DNA of 64,000 nucleotides from Anaeromyxobacteraceae bacterium (GCA_047602405.1 JASGHJ010000002.1:3456001-3520000); one strand, 5' to 3'. Numbered from the stretch's first letter, positions 38,010 through 49,996 are shown. The notes: generated by a model from the letters alone, not told the origin. A program made the numbers and translations.

Positions 38010-38567
38010 TCAGTCGATCGCGTCCACGAGCGCGAGCAGGAAGGGCGGGGAGCGGAGGTCCTCGCCGGAGGCGCCGACGACCTCGAGCGCGGCCTTGCCG
38101 TCCTTGCCCCACGCGAACTCGGACACCCGCTCCCACGTGGAGGTCTGGCCGCGGAGCTCGTCGCGCCCGAGCGCGACGAACACCCGCTCGTCTCCGATCT
38201 TCCCGCGGATCGTGACCGTGCCGTGCTCGGCGTCGTCGAACACGTTCAAGACCACCCCGTCGCCCACGATCCGGCCGGGCTCCACGCGCAGACGGGTGTG
38301 GAGCGTGACCGGCTCGACGACGTCGTCCCTCAGGTAGAACGTGTGGACGGTGCCGACCCAGGCCCCGTCGGCGTCGCGGACGAGATCGAGATCGGGGCCG
38401 TCGACCCGCCCCCCGCCGAACCGCACCTGCCGGCCGGACGCGAAGGCGAGGCGCGCCCCCGCCGAGGCGGTGGCGGCGGCGTCGAGCTTCATCGGTGCGC
38501 CGGGCCCGGTCCAGGCGCAGGCGGCGAGGGCGAACGGCAGGGCGGCGGCGAGCAGGCGGGACGTCAT
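38010..38567 (-). CDS. Hypothetical lipoprotein, tandem copy 2
   Basis: Own GGAGG RBS and MTSRLLAAALPFALAAC lipobox. Confidence 0.65.
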   Translation of the reverse strand: MTSRLLAAALPFALAACAWTGPGAPMKLDAAATASAGARLAFASGRQVRFGGGRVDGPDLDLVRDADGAWVGTVHTFYLRDDVVEPVTLHTRLRVEPGRIVGDGVVLNVFDDAEHGTVTIRGKIGDERVFVALGRDELRGQTSTWERVSEFAWGKDGKAALEVVGASGEDLRSPPFLLALVDAID

Positions 38568-39206
38568 GGCGGCCTCCGGGAGCGTGGGTCCTGAGATCAG
38601 CGTGTCGACGAGCGCGAGGTAGAACGCGGCACCCCGGGGCGCGGCGGGGGAGCCCTCCTCGAGCTGCAGCGTGGCGTGCCCGCTCGGCCAGCCCTCGCCG
38701 CGCCAGACGTTCGCGCCTTTCTTCACGAGGCGCAGCGCGTTCGTCCGGATCTCGTCCTTCGTCATCGTGACGTTCACCTTCGACGCCCCTACGAAGCCGT
38801 GGATCGTGACGGTGCCGGTCGCCGCCTCGTCGAAGATCGCGAGCGACAGCCCGGCGCCCGTGATCCGCCCGTCCGAGACGGTCAGCCGGGTGTGGACCGC
38901 GCCGCGGCTCGCCCCCACCCCGCGCTGCGAGCGCGGCACGTCGGCCTGCACGACGCCGATCCACGTTCCGTCCGGTCCCCGCTCGACGTCGATGTGGTCG
39001 CCGTCGACCTTCCACGGCTGGAAGACTGCCTCTCCCGCGGTGGAGCCGTTGTTCACGAGCACGAGCTTCGCCGCCGGCACCACCTCGCCCGGCGCGAGCG
39101 CCGGGGCGGCGCTGGCCGCGTCGAGCTTCATGGGGACGCCGGGCCCGGACCAGGCGCAGGCGGCGAGGGCGAACGGAAGGGCGGCGGCGAGCGGGCGGAA
39201 GTTCAT
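38568..39206 (-). CDS. Hypothetical lipoprotein, tandem copy 1 (no stop; reads in frame into copy 2)
   Basis: GGAGG RBS, MNFRPLAAALPFALAAC; paralogous to copy 2 along its full length. Confidence 0.65.
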
Positions 39207-39311
39207 GGCGGTCCTCCGGACGATCTGACCCCACCCAGCGTCAAAGGGAAACGGTCCTCGTCGGGTAGGCAGCCGGCCGGTCCGGGGGTGCAGCGAACGG
39301 CGCGCCGCCCC

Positions 39312-39794
39312 TCACCGCGCGAGCGCCAGGCCCAGGAGCACCGCCGCGAGCGCGGCCGCGACGGCGCGCACGTGGTTCCAGAGCGTCCAGAGCGCGAGGA
39401 AGCGCGTCCAGAGCGCCGCGGCCTCCGCGGTCCCCGGAGGGGTCGCCGCGAGCCGCTCGTTCATGGGCACGCTGCGCAGCGCCGTGACCCCCAGGCCGCC
39501 GGCGAGATAGACGAGCGCGCCCGCGATCGCGAGCGGCCCCCGGTGCGGCCCGTGGCCGAAGAGCCCGAGCGCGACGACGCCGGCGCAGGCGAGCGCGGTC
39601 CCGAAGAACAGCGCCATGAAGGGTGGCCGGAGCGCCGCCGCGTTGATCGCGCGCATCGCGGCGGCGCCGTCCTCCGGCCGCAGCGCCTCGAGGCCGCGCA
39701 TCACGAACAGCGAGAAGGCGAGGAACACGCCGCCCATGAGGGCGCAGCCGAGCGCGGAGAACGCGAGGAGGGTGGGGCCGGGCGCGAGGTGCAT
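39312..39794 (-). CDS. DUF1772/anthrone oxygenase family membrane protein
   Basis: GVFLAFS.FVM.GL; AMRAIN; VPMNERL; WTLWNHVR. Confidence 0.85.
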   Translation of the reverse strand: MHLAPGPTLLAFSALGCALMGGVFLAFSLFVMRGLEALRPEDGAAAMRAINAAALRPPFMALFFGTALACAGVVALGLFGHGPHRGPLAIAGALVYLAGGLGVTALRSVPMNERLAATPPGTAEAAALWTRFLALWTLWNHVRAVAAALAAVLLGLALAR

Positions 39795-39811
39795 CCATGG
39801 AACCTAATGCA

Positions 39812-39843
39812 GACGGGCCCGGCGCTCGCGCACCGGGCCCGTC
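39812..39843 (-). terminator. Strong hairpin downstream of tpx
   Basis: Minus strand GACGGGCCCGGTGC-GCGA-GCGCCGGGCCCGTC (GNRA loop, one G-U pair); weak U-tract. Confidence 0.5.
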
Positions 39844-39867
39844 CGAGACCTCCAGGCTGGCGCCTGG

Positions 39868-40368
39868 CTACCGCACCGTCTTCAGCGCGGCCTCGTAGTC
39901 CGGCTCCTGGGCGATCTCCGGCACGAGCTGGCTGTGGATCACCTTGTCCTGCTCGTCGAGCACGATCACCGCGCGCGCGGTCACGCCGGCGAGCGCGCCG
40001 TCCTGGATGAGGACGCCGTAGTCCTTCGCCATCTGCTTCGAGCGCATGAGCGAGAGCGGGTGGACGTTGTTGAGCCCCTCGGTCGTGCAGAAGCGGCCGG
40101 ACGCGAACGGCAGGTCGGCGGAGACGACGAGGACGACGGTGTTCTGGAGCTTCGCCGCCTCGGCGTTGAACTTGCGGGTCGAGGCCTGGCAGATGCCGGT
40201 GTCGAGGCTGGGGACGATGTTGAGGATCTTCTTCTTGCCCGCGTAGGTCGCGAGCGTGACGTCCTCGAGCTTCGTGGTCGTCAGCTTGAAGTCCGGCGCC
40301 TTCGAGCCGACGGCGGGGAGGTTGCCGTTGGTGTGGATCGGGTTGCCCTTGTGCTTGGTGTCGGCCAT
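39868..40368 (-). CDS. tpx: Thiol peroxidase (atypical 2-Cys peroxiredoxin)
   Basis: [37 protein letters not shown]. Confidence 0.95.
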   Translation of the reverse strand: MADTKHKGNPIHTNGNLPAVGSKAPDFKLTTTKLEDVTLATYAGKKKILNIVPSLDTGICQASTRKFNAEAAKLQNTVVLVVSADLPFASGRFCTTEGLNNVHPLSLMRSKQMAKDYGVLIQDGALAGVTARAVIVLDEQDKVIHSQLVPEIAQEPDYEAALKTVR

Positions 40369-40437
40369 GGCGGTCTCCGGATGGGGGTGGGGTTGGCCTC
40401 GATCCATAACCCGGGAGGGGCCCGAGTGCACGCTCCG

Positions 40438-42564
40438 TCAGGCCGCCGCGACGCCGGCGAGGAGCGGCGACGGCGTGCCCGGCGCGGCGATCCAGAGCTG
40501 GTGCGCGGCACGGGTGACGGCGACGTGCAGCCTGCGGCGCGCGTCGTTCGTGTCGGGGTACTCCCGGGCGGAGGCGTCCGGCACGACGACGTAGTCGAAC
40601 TCGAGCCCCTTCACGGCGTCCACGTCGGTGACGTCGACGCCCGGCTTGAACGCGAACCGGCCGTCGAGCGCGAGGCGCACCTCCGGCAGGTCCGCGAGCA
40701 GCCGGTGGAAGCCGCGGGCGGTGTCCGGGCCGCCGGTGACGACCGCGATCGAGGCGCGCGGCTCGCGGTCGAGGAGGTCGCGGATCGCCCCGGAGAGGAA
40801 GAGCTGCGCGTGCGCCTCGGTGGGGAAGTCGAAGCGCGCGACCGGCACGCCGTCCCGGCCGGTGCGGGGCCGCTCCGGTGGCGCGAGCGGGCCGAGGATG
40901 GCGTGCGCGGCCTCGGCGATCGGCCGCGGGCAGCGGTAGGTGGTCTCGAGCCGCACGGTCTCGGCGCCCTCGGCGCCGAGCGCGGCGAGCGCCTCGGGCC
41001 AGCCGGCGTAGGAGGAGAAGGTCTGCTGCGCCTCGTCGCCGGCGAGGGTGACGCTGTGGCCGGAGAGCGACCGCCCGAGCGCGAAGAGCTCGAAGAGCGA
41101 GACGTCCTCCGCCTCGTCGACGACGAGGTGGGAGGCGCGCTTGCCGGTCGCGCCGCCGCGCGCGGCCGACATGAAGAGGAGGATGGGGAGGTCCTCGGGG
41201 TCGAGGGTCCCGGAGATCGCCTCCGGCGTGTCCTCCTCCATGGGCTTGCCGTCGAGGGTCTCCCGGCGGTCGGGGTCGATGCCACCCACGTCCATCGGCG
41301 GCGCGAGCTGCATGCGCGTGTGGCGCAGGACCTCCTCGATGGCCGTCGTGGGGAGATCGCCCGCCGCGCGCTCGACGACGCCCGCGAGGAACCTCGCGTC
41401 GAGGAAGAGGTCGCCGAGCTCGCGGCGGAGCGCGAGGAACGTGGGCCGCCCCTGCGCGGGCCGCGGCAGCGCCCGGAGCGCCGCGTAGAGCGCGGGGTGG
41501 CGCTTCGTGCGGGAGACGAGCGCGGGCGCCTCGGCGTACAGCCGCGGCGGCGGGACGCCGAGCGCGGCCTGGAAGGCGCCGCGCGACCAGTTCCCGAGCG
41601 TGCGGACCTGCGCCTTCCCGAGGCCGAGCGGCTCGAGGAGCCGCTCCGCGAGGCGGGCGAGGCCGGTCTCGGGCGCGACGACCTGCAGGCGCGAGGGCGG
41701 GAAGCGGCGCGGGTCGTCGAAGGCGATGCGGGCGAGCCGGTGCAGCGCGACGGTGGTCTTGCCGCTGCCGGCCGAGCCCAGGACGAGGAGCGGCCGGTCC
41801 GCGGGCGCGGCGACGGCGTCGTACTGGGTGGGGTCGAGGAGCGCGGTGATGTCGGCGGCGCCCGCCCTGCCCTCGCGGCCGGCGCCGGTGCCCAACCTGC
41901 CGGAGGCGGAACCCAGCACGCCGGCGCGCGCGGCGGTCCCCTCCCCGCCGCCGAGCTCGGCGACGTCCGCGTGCGCGCTCCGCCAGCGGCCGTCGGCGCC
42001 GCGGGAGAGCACGGTCGCGCCGGCGGAGACGCGGGTGAGCTGGCCCTTCTCGACCACCACCACGCGCCGCGCGGTCACGAACCCCGCCGACACGCGGCCC
42101 GGGAGCGGCTCCTCGAACTCCTCGCCCTCGCGGTACCGGTAGAAGATCGCGGCCACCGGCGCGAAGCGCCAGTCGACGACCCGCACGCCCGCGGCGCGGT
42201 CCACGAAGGTGTGCCGGCCGAGGCAGAAGTCGCGGACCTCGTCGCCCTCCTTCACGCGCAGGTGCGCGAAGTACGGCACCTGCGGGTCGGGGAGCGGGCC
42301 GGGCCGGGCGCGCTCGAGCACGGCGCGCACGACGCCCATCTCCTGGAAGACCGTCGGGAGGTCCTTGCCGGTCGACTCGAGCGCCTCGTCGCGCAGCTCG
42401 CGGAGCCGGGCCTCGAGGTCGCCGTCGCTCCCGCCGCCCTTCCGCGCGGCGATCGCGCCCTGCACGGCCGCGAGGAGCGCCTCCTCCTCGCGCACGAGCA
42501 CGCGCTCGGCGGGCGAGAGGTCGACGAGGGCCGGGTCGGCGGGCTCTGGGCGGGCGCGCGGCAA
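40438..42564 (-). CDS. HelD-like superfamily 1 helicase/ATPase (start uncertain)
   Basis: PYFAHL, VVDWR.AP..IFY, GSAGSGKTTVALHRLA, VVDEAED, AGDEAQ, YR, KGLEFD, LHVAVTRA. Confidence 0.8.
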   Translation of the reverse strand: MPRARPEPADPALVDLSPAERVLVREEEALLAAVQGAIAARKGGGSDGDLEARLRELRDEALESTGKDLPTVFQEMGVVRAVLERARPGPLPDPQVPYFAHLRVKEGDEVRDFCLGRHTFVDRAAGVRVVDWRFAPVAAIFYRYREGEEFEEPLPGRVSAGFVTARRVVVVEKGQLTRVSAGATVLSRGADGRWRSAHADVAELGGGEGTAARAGVLGSASGRLGTGAGREGRAGAADITALLDPTQYDAVAAPADRPLLVLGSAGSGKTTVALHRLARIAFDDPRRFPPSRLQVVAPETGLARLAERLLEPLGLGKAQVRTLGNWSRGAFQAALGVPPPRLYAEAPALVSRTKRHPALYAALRALPRPAQGRPTFLALRRELGDLFLDARFLAGVVERAAGDLPTTAIEEVLRHTRMQLAPPMDVGGIDPDRRETLDGKPMEEDTPEAISGTLDPEDLPILLFMSAARGGATGKRASHLVVDEAEDVSLFELFALGRSLSGHSVTLAGDEAQQTFSSYAGWPEALAALGAEGAETVRLETTYRCPRPIAEAAHAILGPLAPPERPRTGRDGVPVARFDFPTEAHAQLFLSGAIRDLLDREPRASIAVVTGGPDTARGFHRLLADLPEVRLALDGRFAFKPGVDVTDVDAVKGLEFDYVVVPDASAREYPDTNDARRRLHVAVTRAAHQLWIAAPGTPSPLLAGVAAA

Positions 42565-42605
42565 GCGGGGAGTGATAACCGGTCGGCCGCGCGCGCGCCA
42601 GGGCG

Positions 42606-44093
42606 CTACGGAGGGAGGATCGTCTCCCCGTTCGAGAGGTACCGGTCCACGCACTGCGCCACCTGCCGGCCCTCGCGGATCGCCCACACCACGAGCGACT
42701 GCCCGCGCGCCATGTCGCCGGCGGCGAACACGCCCGGGACGCTCGTCATCTTGTTCGGGTCGGTCCAGACGTTGCCGCGGTCGTCGATCTTCGCGCCGAG
42801 CTGGCCGAGCATGGTGCGCTCCGGCCCGGTGAACCCGAGCGCCAGCAGGACGAGATCCGCCTCGATGACCCGCTCCGAGCCCGGGACCTCCTTCGGGCCG
42901 AACCGGCCGTCGGGGCCCTTCGTCCACTCCACCGAGACGACGTGCAGGGCCTTCACGCGCCCGTCGGCGTCGCCCTCGAAGCGCTTCGTGAGCACGCAGA
43001 ACTGGCGGGGGTCGGCGCCCCAGAGCGCCTTCGCCTCCTCCTGGCCGTAGTCGGTCCTGAGGACCTTCGGCCACTGCGGCCACGGGTTGTCGAGGGCGCG
43101 CTCCTCGGGCGGGCGCGGAAGGATCTCGATCTGCACGACCGCCTTCGCGCCGTGGCGGATGGAGGTGCCCACGCAGTCGGTGCCGGTGTCGCCGCCGCCG
43201 ATCACGACGACCTTCCGGCCCTTCGCCGAGACGTACTTCCCGTCGGCGAGGTTGGAGTCGAGGAGCGACTTCGTGTTGGCGTGGAGGAACTCCATCGCGA
43301 GGTGGATGCCCTGGAGCTGGCGGCCCTCCACCGGCAGGTCGCGCGCCTGCGTCGCGCCGCCCGCGAGCACCACCGCGTCGTAGTCCTTCGTGAGCCGGTC
43401 GGCGCCGATGTGCTTGCCGATCTCGGTCCCGGTCACGAAGCGCACGCCCTCGTCGGCCATGAGCCGGACGCGGCGCTCGACCACCTTCTTGTCGAGCTTC
43501 ATGTTCGGGATGCCGTACATGAGGAGGCCGCCCACCCGGTCGGAGCGCTCGAAGACCGTGACGGCGTGCCCGGCGCGGTTCAGCTGCGAGGCCGCGGCGA
43601 GCCCGGCGGGGCCGGAGCCGACCACCGCCACCCGGGAGCCGGTGCGGCGCGCCGGCGACGACGGCTTCACCCAGCCCTCCTGCCAGGCGCGGTCGACGAT
43701 CTCGGCCTCGATGGTCTTGATGGTGACGGGCGGCGCGTTGATGCCGAGCGTGCAGCTGCCCTCGCAGGGCGCCGGGCAGACCCGCCCGGTGAACTCGGGG
43801 AAGTTGTTCGTCTTCGAGAGCCGGATCCAGGCCTCGTGCCACTGGCCGCGGAAGACGAGGTCGTTCCACTCCGGGACGAGGTTGTTCACCGGGCAGCCGA
43901 CCGCGAGCCCGGCGACGAGCTTGCCGGTGTGGCAGTACGGGATGCCGCAGTCCATGCAGCGCGCGCCCTGCGCGCGGAGGACGTCCTCCGCGTAGGGCGG
44001 GTGCGCCTCGGACCAGTCCTTGACGCGCTCGAGCGGCGGCCGCTCGTGCTTCGGCTCGCGCCCGTACTCCAGGAAGCCTCTGACCTTGCCCAT
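42606..44093 (-). CDS. gltD: Glutamate synthase small subunit
   Basis: [59 protein letters not shown]. Confidence 0.96.
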   Translation of the reverse strand: MGKVRGFLEYGREPKHERPPLERVKDWSEAHPPYAEDVLRAQGARCMDCGIPYCHTGKLVAGLAVGCPVNNLVPEWNDLVFRGQWHEAWIRLSKTNNFPEFTGRVCPAPCEGSCTLGINAPPVTIKTIEAEIVDRAWQEGWVKPSSPARRTGSRVAVVGSGPAGLAAASQLNRAGHAVTVFERSDRVGGLLMYGIPNMKLDKKVVERRVRLMADEGVRFVTGTEIGKHIGADRLTKDYDAVVLAGGATQARDLPVEGRQLQGIHLAMEFLHANTKSLLDSNLADGKYVSAKGRKVVVIGGGDTGTDCVGTSIRHGAKAVVQIEILPRPPEERALDNPWPQWPKVLRTDYGQEEAKALWGADPRQFCVLTKRFEGDADGRVKALHVVSVEWTKGPDGRFGPKEVPGSERVIEADLVLLALGFTGPERTMLGQLGAKIDDRGNVWTDPNKMTSVPGVFAAGDMARGQSLVVWAIREGRQVAQCVDRYLSNGETILPP

Positions 44094-44121
44094 GTATTGC
44101 TCTCTCCGGACACCTGCTGCC

Positions 44122-44177
44122 GGGGTGGGGCCCCGACGAGCCTTGCTCGGCGGGGCGGGGGGCGCCGAGCCCCCCGC
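44122..44177. repeat. Double-hairpin REP-like element between gltB and gltD
   Basis: CCCCGACGAGC-CTT-GCTCGGCGGGG and GCGGGGGGC-GCCGA-GCCCCCCGC. Confidence 0.55.
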
Positions 44178-44183
44178 AGAAAC

Positions 44184-47100
44184 TCAGTTCCCGCCGACGC
44201 GGGCCTCGTCGCGCGCGTTGGCCTCGAAGGCGGCCATCTCGGCCTCCTCCGGCGACATCCCCTGCTCCCGCATCCTCGCCTGCGCCTCGAGCACGCGCCG
44301 GTAGTCGTTCGGCATGACGCGCACGAGCTTCGTGAGCGCCTCGCCCCAGCGCTCGAGGAGCCTGCGCGCCAGGCGGCTCTCGGTGAGGGTCGCGTGCTTC
44401 TCGACGAGCCCCTTCACGAGCTGCCCCTCGTCGCGGTCCTCGATCCGGCCGAGGCTCACCATCTGCGGGTTGCAGCGGCGCGTGAACGAGCCGTCCTCGT
44501 CGAGCACGTAGGCCGTGCCGCCCGACATGCCGGCCGCGAAGTTGCGGCCGGTCGGGCCGAGCACGATCACCCGGCCGCCGGTCATGTACTCGCAGGCGTG
44601 GTCGCCCACGCCCTCGACGACCGCGTTCGCGCCCGAGTTGCGCACCGCGAAGCGCTCGCCGGCCATGCCGCGGATGAAGAGCTCGCCGCTCGTCGCGCCG
44701 TAGAGGGCGACGTTTCCGACGATGACGTTCTCCTCCGGCACGAAGGCCGCGCCGCGCGGCGGGAACACCACGATCCGCCCGCCGGAGAGCCCCTTGCCGA
44801 TGTAGTCGTTCGCGTCGCCCTCGAGGACCAGCGTCATGCCCGGCGGGATGAACGCGCCGAACGACTGGCCGGCCGAGCCCTGGAACAGCACCTTGACGGT
44901 GTCGTCGGGCAGGCCCTTCGGCCCGTGGCGGCGGGTGATCTCGCTGCCGGTCATCGTGCCGACCACCCGCATGGTGTTCCTGATCGGGAAGGTCGCCCGG
45001 ACCTGCTTCTTCTCCTCGAGCGCCGGCCTCACGGCGTCGAGCAGCGCGGTCGCGTCGAACGTCCGCTCGATGCCGTGGTCCTGGGGGATCTGGCAGGTCT
45101 TCCCGTAGGTCGACGGCACCTGCGGCCGGAAGAGGATCCGGCTGAAGTCGAGGTTGCGGGCCTTCCAGTGATCGACGGCCCGGCGGAGCTCGAGGTGCTG
45201 CGAGCGGCCGACCATCTCGTCCACCGTGCGGAAGCCGAGCTCGGCCATGTACTCGCGGACCTCCTGCGCGACGAAGCGCATGAAGTTCACGACGTGGGCC
45301 GGGTCGCCGGTGAAGCGGGCGCGGAGCGCCGGGTCCTGGGTCGCGACGCCCACCGGGCAGGTGTTGAGGTGGCAGGCGCGCATCATGATGCAGCCGAGCA
45401 CCACGAGCGGCCCGGTGGCGAAGCCGAACTCCTCGGCGCCGAGCAGGGCGCCCACGACGACGTCGCGGCCGGTCTTGAGCTGGCCGTCGACCTCCACGAC
45501 GATGCGCGAGCGCAGGTCGTTCATCACGAGCACCTGGTGCGTCTCGGCGAGGCCGAGCTCCCAGGGGATGCCCGCGTGCTTGATGGAGTTGAGCGGCGAG
45601 GCGCCGGTGCCGCCGTCGTGGCCGGAGATCAGCACGACGTCGGCGTGCGCCTTCGCGACGCCCGCGGCGATGGTGCCGACGCCCACCTCGGCGACGAGCT
45701 TCACCGAGATGCGCGCCTTGTGGTTCGCGTTCTTGAGGTCGTGGATGAGCTGCGCGAGGTCCTCGATGGAGTAGATGTCGTGGTGCGGCGGGGGCGAGAT
45801 GAGGCCCACGCCCGGCGTCGCGTGCCGGGTCTTCGCGATCCACGGGTACACCTTCGAGCCGGGCAGCTGGCCGCCCTCGCCGGGCTTCGCGCCCTGCGCC
45901 ATCTTGATCTGCAGCTCCTTCGCCATGACGAGGTACTGGCTCGTCACGCCGAAGCGCCCGGAGGCGACCTGCTTGATCGCGGAGTTCTTCGAGTCGCCGT
46001 TCGGCAGCGGCTCGTAGCGGGACGGGTCCTCGCCGCCCTCGCCGGTGTTCGACTTGCCGCCGATGCGGTTCATCGCGACGGCGAGCGCCTCGTGCGCCTC
46101 CTTCGAGATGGAGCCGTAGCTCATCGCGCCGGTCTTGAAGCGGCGCATGATCGCCTCGACCGGCTCGACCTCGTCGATCGGCACCGGCTTCGAGGACGGC
46201 ACGAGGTCCATCAGGCCGCGCAGCGTCGCGAGCGCAGCGGCCTGGTTGTTCACGAGCGCCGAGTACTCCTTGAAGAGCCGGTAGTCGCCGGTGCGGCACG
46301 CGTACTGGAGCTTGTGCACCGTCTCCGGGTTGAAGAGGTGCGTCTCGCCGTTCTGGCGCCAGTGGTACTGGCCGCCGGTCGGCAAGCTCGTGTGCACGAT
46401 CGGGCGCGCGGGCGGGAAGCCGCGCTCGTTCCGGAGCCGGGCCTCCTTCGCGACGACGTCGATGCCGACGCCGCCGACGCGGGTCGCGGTCCAGGTGAAG
46501 TACTCGTCGATGAAGTCCTGGTTCAGGCCGACGGCCTCGAACACCTGGGCGCCGTGGTACGACTGGATCGTCGAGATCCCCATCTTGGAGATCACCTTCA
46601 CGATCCCCTTGTTGACGGCCTTCACGTACTTCTTCTCCGCCTCGTAGGCCGAGCCGGGGATGAGGCCGAGCGCCACCTGGTCGTGGATGGTCTCGAACGC
46701 CAGGTAGGGGTTGATCGCCGAGGCGCCGTAGCCGACGAGGAGCGCGAAGTGGTGCACCTCGCGCGGCTCGCCCGACTCGAGCACGAGGCCGATGCGGGTG
46801 CGGGTGCCCTCGCGGATGAGGTGATGGTGCACTGCCGCGACCGCGAGGAGCGACGGGATGGGCGCGTCCTCCGCGTCGTGGCCGCGGTCGGACAGGATGA
46901 TGATGTTGACGCCCTCCGCGATGCACTCGGAGGCCTTCCAGCGCAGGTCCTCGAGCGCCTTGCGCAGGCCGGCGCCGCCGTCCTTCGCGCGGAAGAGGAT
47001 GGGGAGCGTGACCGAGCGCAGCCCCTTCGAGGCGATGCCGCCGTCGAGGTTGCGCAGCTTCTCGAGCTCCTCGTTGCGGAGCACCGGCGTGGGCAGGGAG

Positions 47101-48794
47101 AGCTGCCGGCAGGACTCCGGCCCGGGCTCGAGCAGGTTGCCCTCGGGCCCCACGGCGGTCTCGACCGCCATGATGATCTCCTCCCGGATCGCGTCGACCG
47201 GGGGGTTCGTCACCTGGGCGAACAGCTGCTGGAAGTAGTTGAAGAGGGGCTGCGGGCGCTCGGAGAGCACCGCGATGGGCGCGTCGTTGCCCATCGAGCC
47301 GATGGGCTCGGTGCCGTCCGTCGCCATCGGCGTGATGATGATCTTCACGTCCTCGGCGGTGTAGCCGAAGACCTCCTGGCGGCGGAGCACGGTCTCGTGA
47401 TCCGGCTCGTGGACGCTCGAGGGCTTCGGCAGCTCGTCGAGCCGCACCGAGTACCGCTCGAGCCACTCCTTGTAAGGGTGGGCGCGGGCGATGCGCTCCT
47501 TCAGCTCGTCGTCGGCGACGATGCGCCCCTCGCCGGTGTCGACGAGGAAGAGGCGCCCGGGCTGGAGCCGGCCCTTCTTCAGGATCCGCTCGGCCGGGAT
47601 GTCGAGCACGCCGACCTCGGAGGCCATGACGACGAGGTCGTCCTTCGTCACGTAGTAGCGCGAGGGGCGCAGGCCGTTCCGGTCGAGGACCGCGCCGATG
47701 CGGACGCCGTCGGTGAAGGCGATCGAGGCCGGGCCGTCCCAGGGCTCCATGATGCAGCTGTGGAACTCGTAGAAGGCCTTCTTCGTCGGGCTCATCGTCT
47801 CGTGCCGCGTCCACGGCTCCGGCACCATCATCATCATGGCGTGCGGCAGCTCGCGGCCCGAGAGCGTGAGGAGCTCGAGCACGTTGTCGAACATCGCCGA
47901 GTCGGAGCCCTCGGTGTCGACCACGGTGAGGATCTTCTGGAGGTCGTCGCCGAAGAGCGACGAGCGCATCATCGACTGCCGCGCGTGCATCCAGTTGATG
48001 TTGCCGCGCAGCGTGTTGATCTCGCCGTTGTGCGAGATGTAGCGGTACGGGTGCGCGCGCGACCAGGACGGGAAGGTGTTGGTCGAGAAGCGCGAGTGCA
48101 CCATCGCGAGCGCGGTGTCGACCGCGGGGTTCGCGAGGTCCGGGTAGAACGCGGCGAGCTGGGTCGCGTTCAGCATGCCCTTGTAGAGCAGGGTCTTGAA
48201 GCTGAGGCTCGGGACGTAGAAGTGCGTGCGGCCCGGGATCGCCGAGCGGGAGATCTTCTTCTCGACGAGGCGGCGGATGACGTAGAGCTTCCGCTCGAAG
48301 CTCATCGCGTCAGGGCACTCCGGGCCGCGGCCCACGAAGAGCTGCCGGATGACGGGCTGGCTCGCCCGCGCGGACGGGCCGAGGCTCTCGTTCTCGGTCG
48401 GCACGTCGCGCCAGCCGAGGACGGTCTGGCCCTCGGTCGCCACGACCCGCTCGATGATCTCGAGGCACGCCTCCTGGCCCTGGGGATTCGGCGGGAGGAA
48501 GACGGTGCCGCAGCCGTAGTGGCCGGGCTTCGGCAGCGCGAAGCCGAGCCGCCTCGCCTCCGCCTCGAGGAAGGCGTGCGGCATCTGGAACAGGATGCCC
48601 GCGCCGTCGCCGGTGTTCGCCTCGGCGCCGACCGCGCCGCGGTGCTCGAGGTTCACGAGCACCTGCAGGGCCTGCTGCAGGATGTCGTGCGAGCGGCGGC
48701 CCTTCACGTCGGCCACGAAGCCGAAGCCGCACGCATCGCGCTCGTTCGAGGGGTCGTACAGCCCCTGCTCCTCGGGATAGCCGGTCTCGATCAC
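44184..48794 (-). CDS. gltB: Glutamate synthase large subunit
   Basis: [54 protein letters not shown] start 8 nt after AAGGAG. Confidence 0.97.
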   Translation of the reverse strand: MIETGYPEEQGLYDPSNERDACGFGFVADVKGRRSHDILQQALQVLVNLEHRGAVGAEANTGDGAGILFQMPHAFLEAEARRLGFALPKPGHYGCGTVFLPPNPQGQEACLEIIERVVATEGQTVLGWRDVPTENESLGPSARASQPVIRQLFVGRGPECPDAMSFERKLYVIRRLVEKKISRSAIPGRTHFYVPSLSFKTLLYKGMLNATQLAAFYPDLANPAVDTALAMVHSRFSTNTFPSWSRAHPYRYISHNGEINTLRGNINWMHARQSMMRSSLFGDDLQKILTVVDTEGSDSAMFDNVLELLTLSGRELPHAMMMMVPEPWTRHETMSPTKKAFYEFHSCIMEPWDGPASIAFTDGVRIGAVLDRNGLRPSRYYVTKDDLVVMASEVGVLDIPAERILKKGRLQPGRLFLVDTGEGRIVADDELKERIARAHPYKEWLERYSVRLDELPKPSSVHEPDHETVLRRQEVFGYTAEDVKIIITPMATDGTEPIGSMGNDAPIAVLSERPQPLFNYFQQLFAQVTNPPVDAIREEIIMAVETAVGPEGNLLEPGPESCRQLSLPTPVLRNEELEKLRNLDGGIASKGLRSVTLPILFRAKDGGAGLRKALEDLRWKASECIAEGVNIIILSDRGHDAEDAPIPSLLAVAAVHHHLIREGTRTRIGLVLESGEPREVHHFALLVGYGASAINPYLAFETIHDQVALGLIPGSAYEAEKKYVKAVNKGIVKVISKMGISTIQSYHGAQVFEAVGLNQDFIDEYFTWTATRVGGVGIDVVAKEARLRNERGFPPARPIVHTSLPTGGQYHWRQNGETHLFNPETVHKLQYACRTGDYRLFKEYSALVNNQAAALATLRGLMDLVPSSKPVPIDEVEPVEAIMRRFKTGAMSYGSISKEAHEALAVAMNRIGGKSNTGEGGEDPSRYEPLPNGDSKNSAIKQVASGRFGVTSQYLVMAKELQIKMAQGAKPGEGGQLPGSKVYPWIAKTRHATPGVGLISPPPHHDIYSIEDLAQLIHDLKNANHKARISVKLVAEVGVGTIAAGVAKAHADVVLISGHDGGTGASPLNSIKHAGIPWELGLAETHQVLVMNDLRSRIVVEVDGQLKTGRDVVVGALLGAEEFGFATGPLVVLGCIMMRACHLNTCPVGVATQDPALRARFTGDPAHVVNFMRFVAQEVREYMAELGFRTVDEMVGRSQHLELRRAVDHWKARNLDFSRILFRPQVPSTYGKTCQIPQDHGIERTFDATALLDAVRPALEEKKQVRATFPIRNTMRVVGTMTGSEITRRHGPKGLPDDTVKVLFQGSAGQSFGAFIPPGMTLVLEGDANDYIGKGLSGGRIVVFPPRGAAFVPEENVIVGNVALYGATSGELFIRGMAGERFAVRNSGANAVVEGVGDHACEYMTGGRVIVLGPTGRNFAAGMSGGTAYVLDEDGSFTRRCNPQMVSLGRIEDRDEGQLVKGLVEKHATLTESRLARRLLERWGEALTKLVRVMPNDYRRVLEAQARMREQGMSPEEAEMAAFEANARDEARVGGN

Positions 48795-49057
48795 CGCCAC
48801 GTCTCCTTCGCCCCGGGCGTGGAAGCCCGGGCCCAGCGCGAAAAAAGAGGAAGGGTCAGTATCCCCGAGCGGGGTCCCAAGCGTCAACGACAGGGACCCA
48901 CAGTCGCGCATCCGACTTCGTGGGGAGGCGCGGCGTGTGGACGCGGCCGCGAACGGGGCGCGGCGCGCGGCGAGACCGGTCGCCGTGCGCCGCGCGGGCA
49001 CTGCTGGATCGACTTCTCAGAGTAAGCGCGGATTCCCGCGCGAGGCCGGGCCGATGG

Positions 49058-49996
49058 CTACGGCGAGCCCGGCCCGCCGGGACCGCCCGGACCGCCCGGC
49101 GCCGCCGGCTTCCGCCTCGCGTGCGGCGCCGCGGCCTTCGCCGGGGCGCCGCTCGCCTTCCCGGGCGGCTGCATGAGCACGCCGCGCTCGTTCTCCGCGG
49201 GCCACTTCGCCGCGATGCGGGTCTCCGCGCCCTCGAGCGAGATCTCCGGCTTCTTGTCGGCGTCGGCCTGCTGGCCGTCGGCCGGCTTCCCATCGCCCTG
49301 GGCCTTCGCGTCGGCCGGCTGACCGTCCCCCGGCTTGGCCTCGCCGCCGGGCTTCGCCTCGCCGGTGGGCTTCGCCTCGCCCTCGGCGCCGCCGCTGCCG
49401 GTGCCCTGCTGCGCGGCCGTCCCCGCCTGCGCCGCGCTCGCCTGCGCCGCGGGCGTGGGCGACGGCTTCGCGAGCACGAGCTCGATCGCGGTCGCGTCCT
49501 CGGGCACGTCGTGCCCGATCAGGAACCCGTTGCCGGCGTCGTCCGGGATCACGCGCCCGAGCGCCACGGCCTCGCCGGTCTTCCGCCGCGCGGAGAGCAC
49601 GTACTCGCCTCCCTTGGCGGTGAGGCCGTAGAGGTAGGCGCGCGCCGCCTGCGCCTCCGGGTGAGCGAAGAGCACGCCGCTCTCCACCGCGCCCTGCCCC
49701 GCCGCGAAGAAGATGGCGACCGAGCGCCCGGCCGACTTCTGCACCGACTCGTCCCTGCGTGCGTCGGCGAGCATCCTGTCGCGATCCGCGATCCCCTTCT
49801 GCGCCTCCTCCGCCGCGCGGCGGTTCTGCTCCGCCTGGGTGCGGAGATCGGCCGTCTTGGACGTCTCCACGACCGACCAGACGACGAGGGAGACGACGGC
49901 GACCACCACCACCGTGATGAACGCCCACAGCTTCCACTCGTCCCCGCCCCGCTTGTTGAGGACGCTCCCGAACTCGATGCGGTCTTGCTCAGCCAT
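49058..49996 (-). CDS. Single-TM protein, possibly anti-sigma factor (RskA C-terminal-like)
   Basis: TM plus coiled coil plus beta domain plus low-complexity EAKP repeats. Family resemblance is weak. Confidence 0.45.
   Translation of the reverse strand: MAEQDRIEFGSVLNKRGGDEWKLWAFITVVVVAVVSLVVWSVVETSKTADLRTQAEQNRRAAEEAQKGIADRDRMLADARRDESVQKSAGRSVAIFFAAGQGAVESGVLFAHPEAQAARAYLYGLTAKGGEYVLSARRKTGEAVALGRVIPDDAGNGFLIGHDVPEDATAIELVLAKPSPTPAAQASAAQAGTAAQQGTGSGGAEGEAKPTGEAKPGGEAKPGDGQPADAKAQGDGKPADGQQADADKKPEISLEGAETRIAAKWPAENERGVLMQPPGKASGAPAKAAAPHARRKPAAPGGPGGPGGPGSP

Noticed and set aside
40438..49025. Giant ORFs of 2458 aa and 2027 aa, and similar 1000-1850 aa ORFs elsewhere
   Set aside because: Arg/Gly/Pro-rich shadow frames of real genes, caused by stop-codon scarcity in high-GC DNA.
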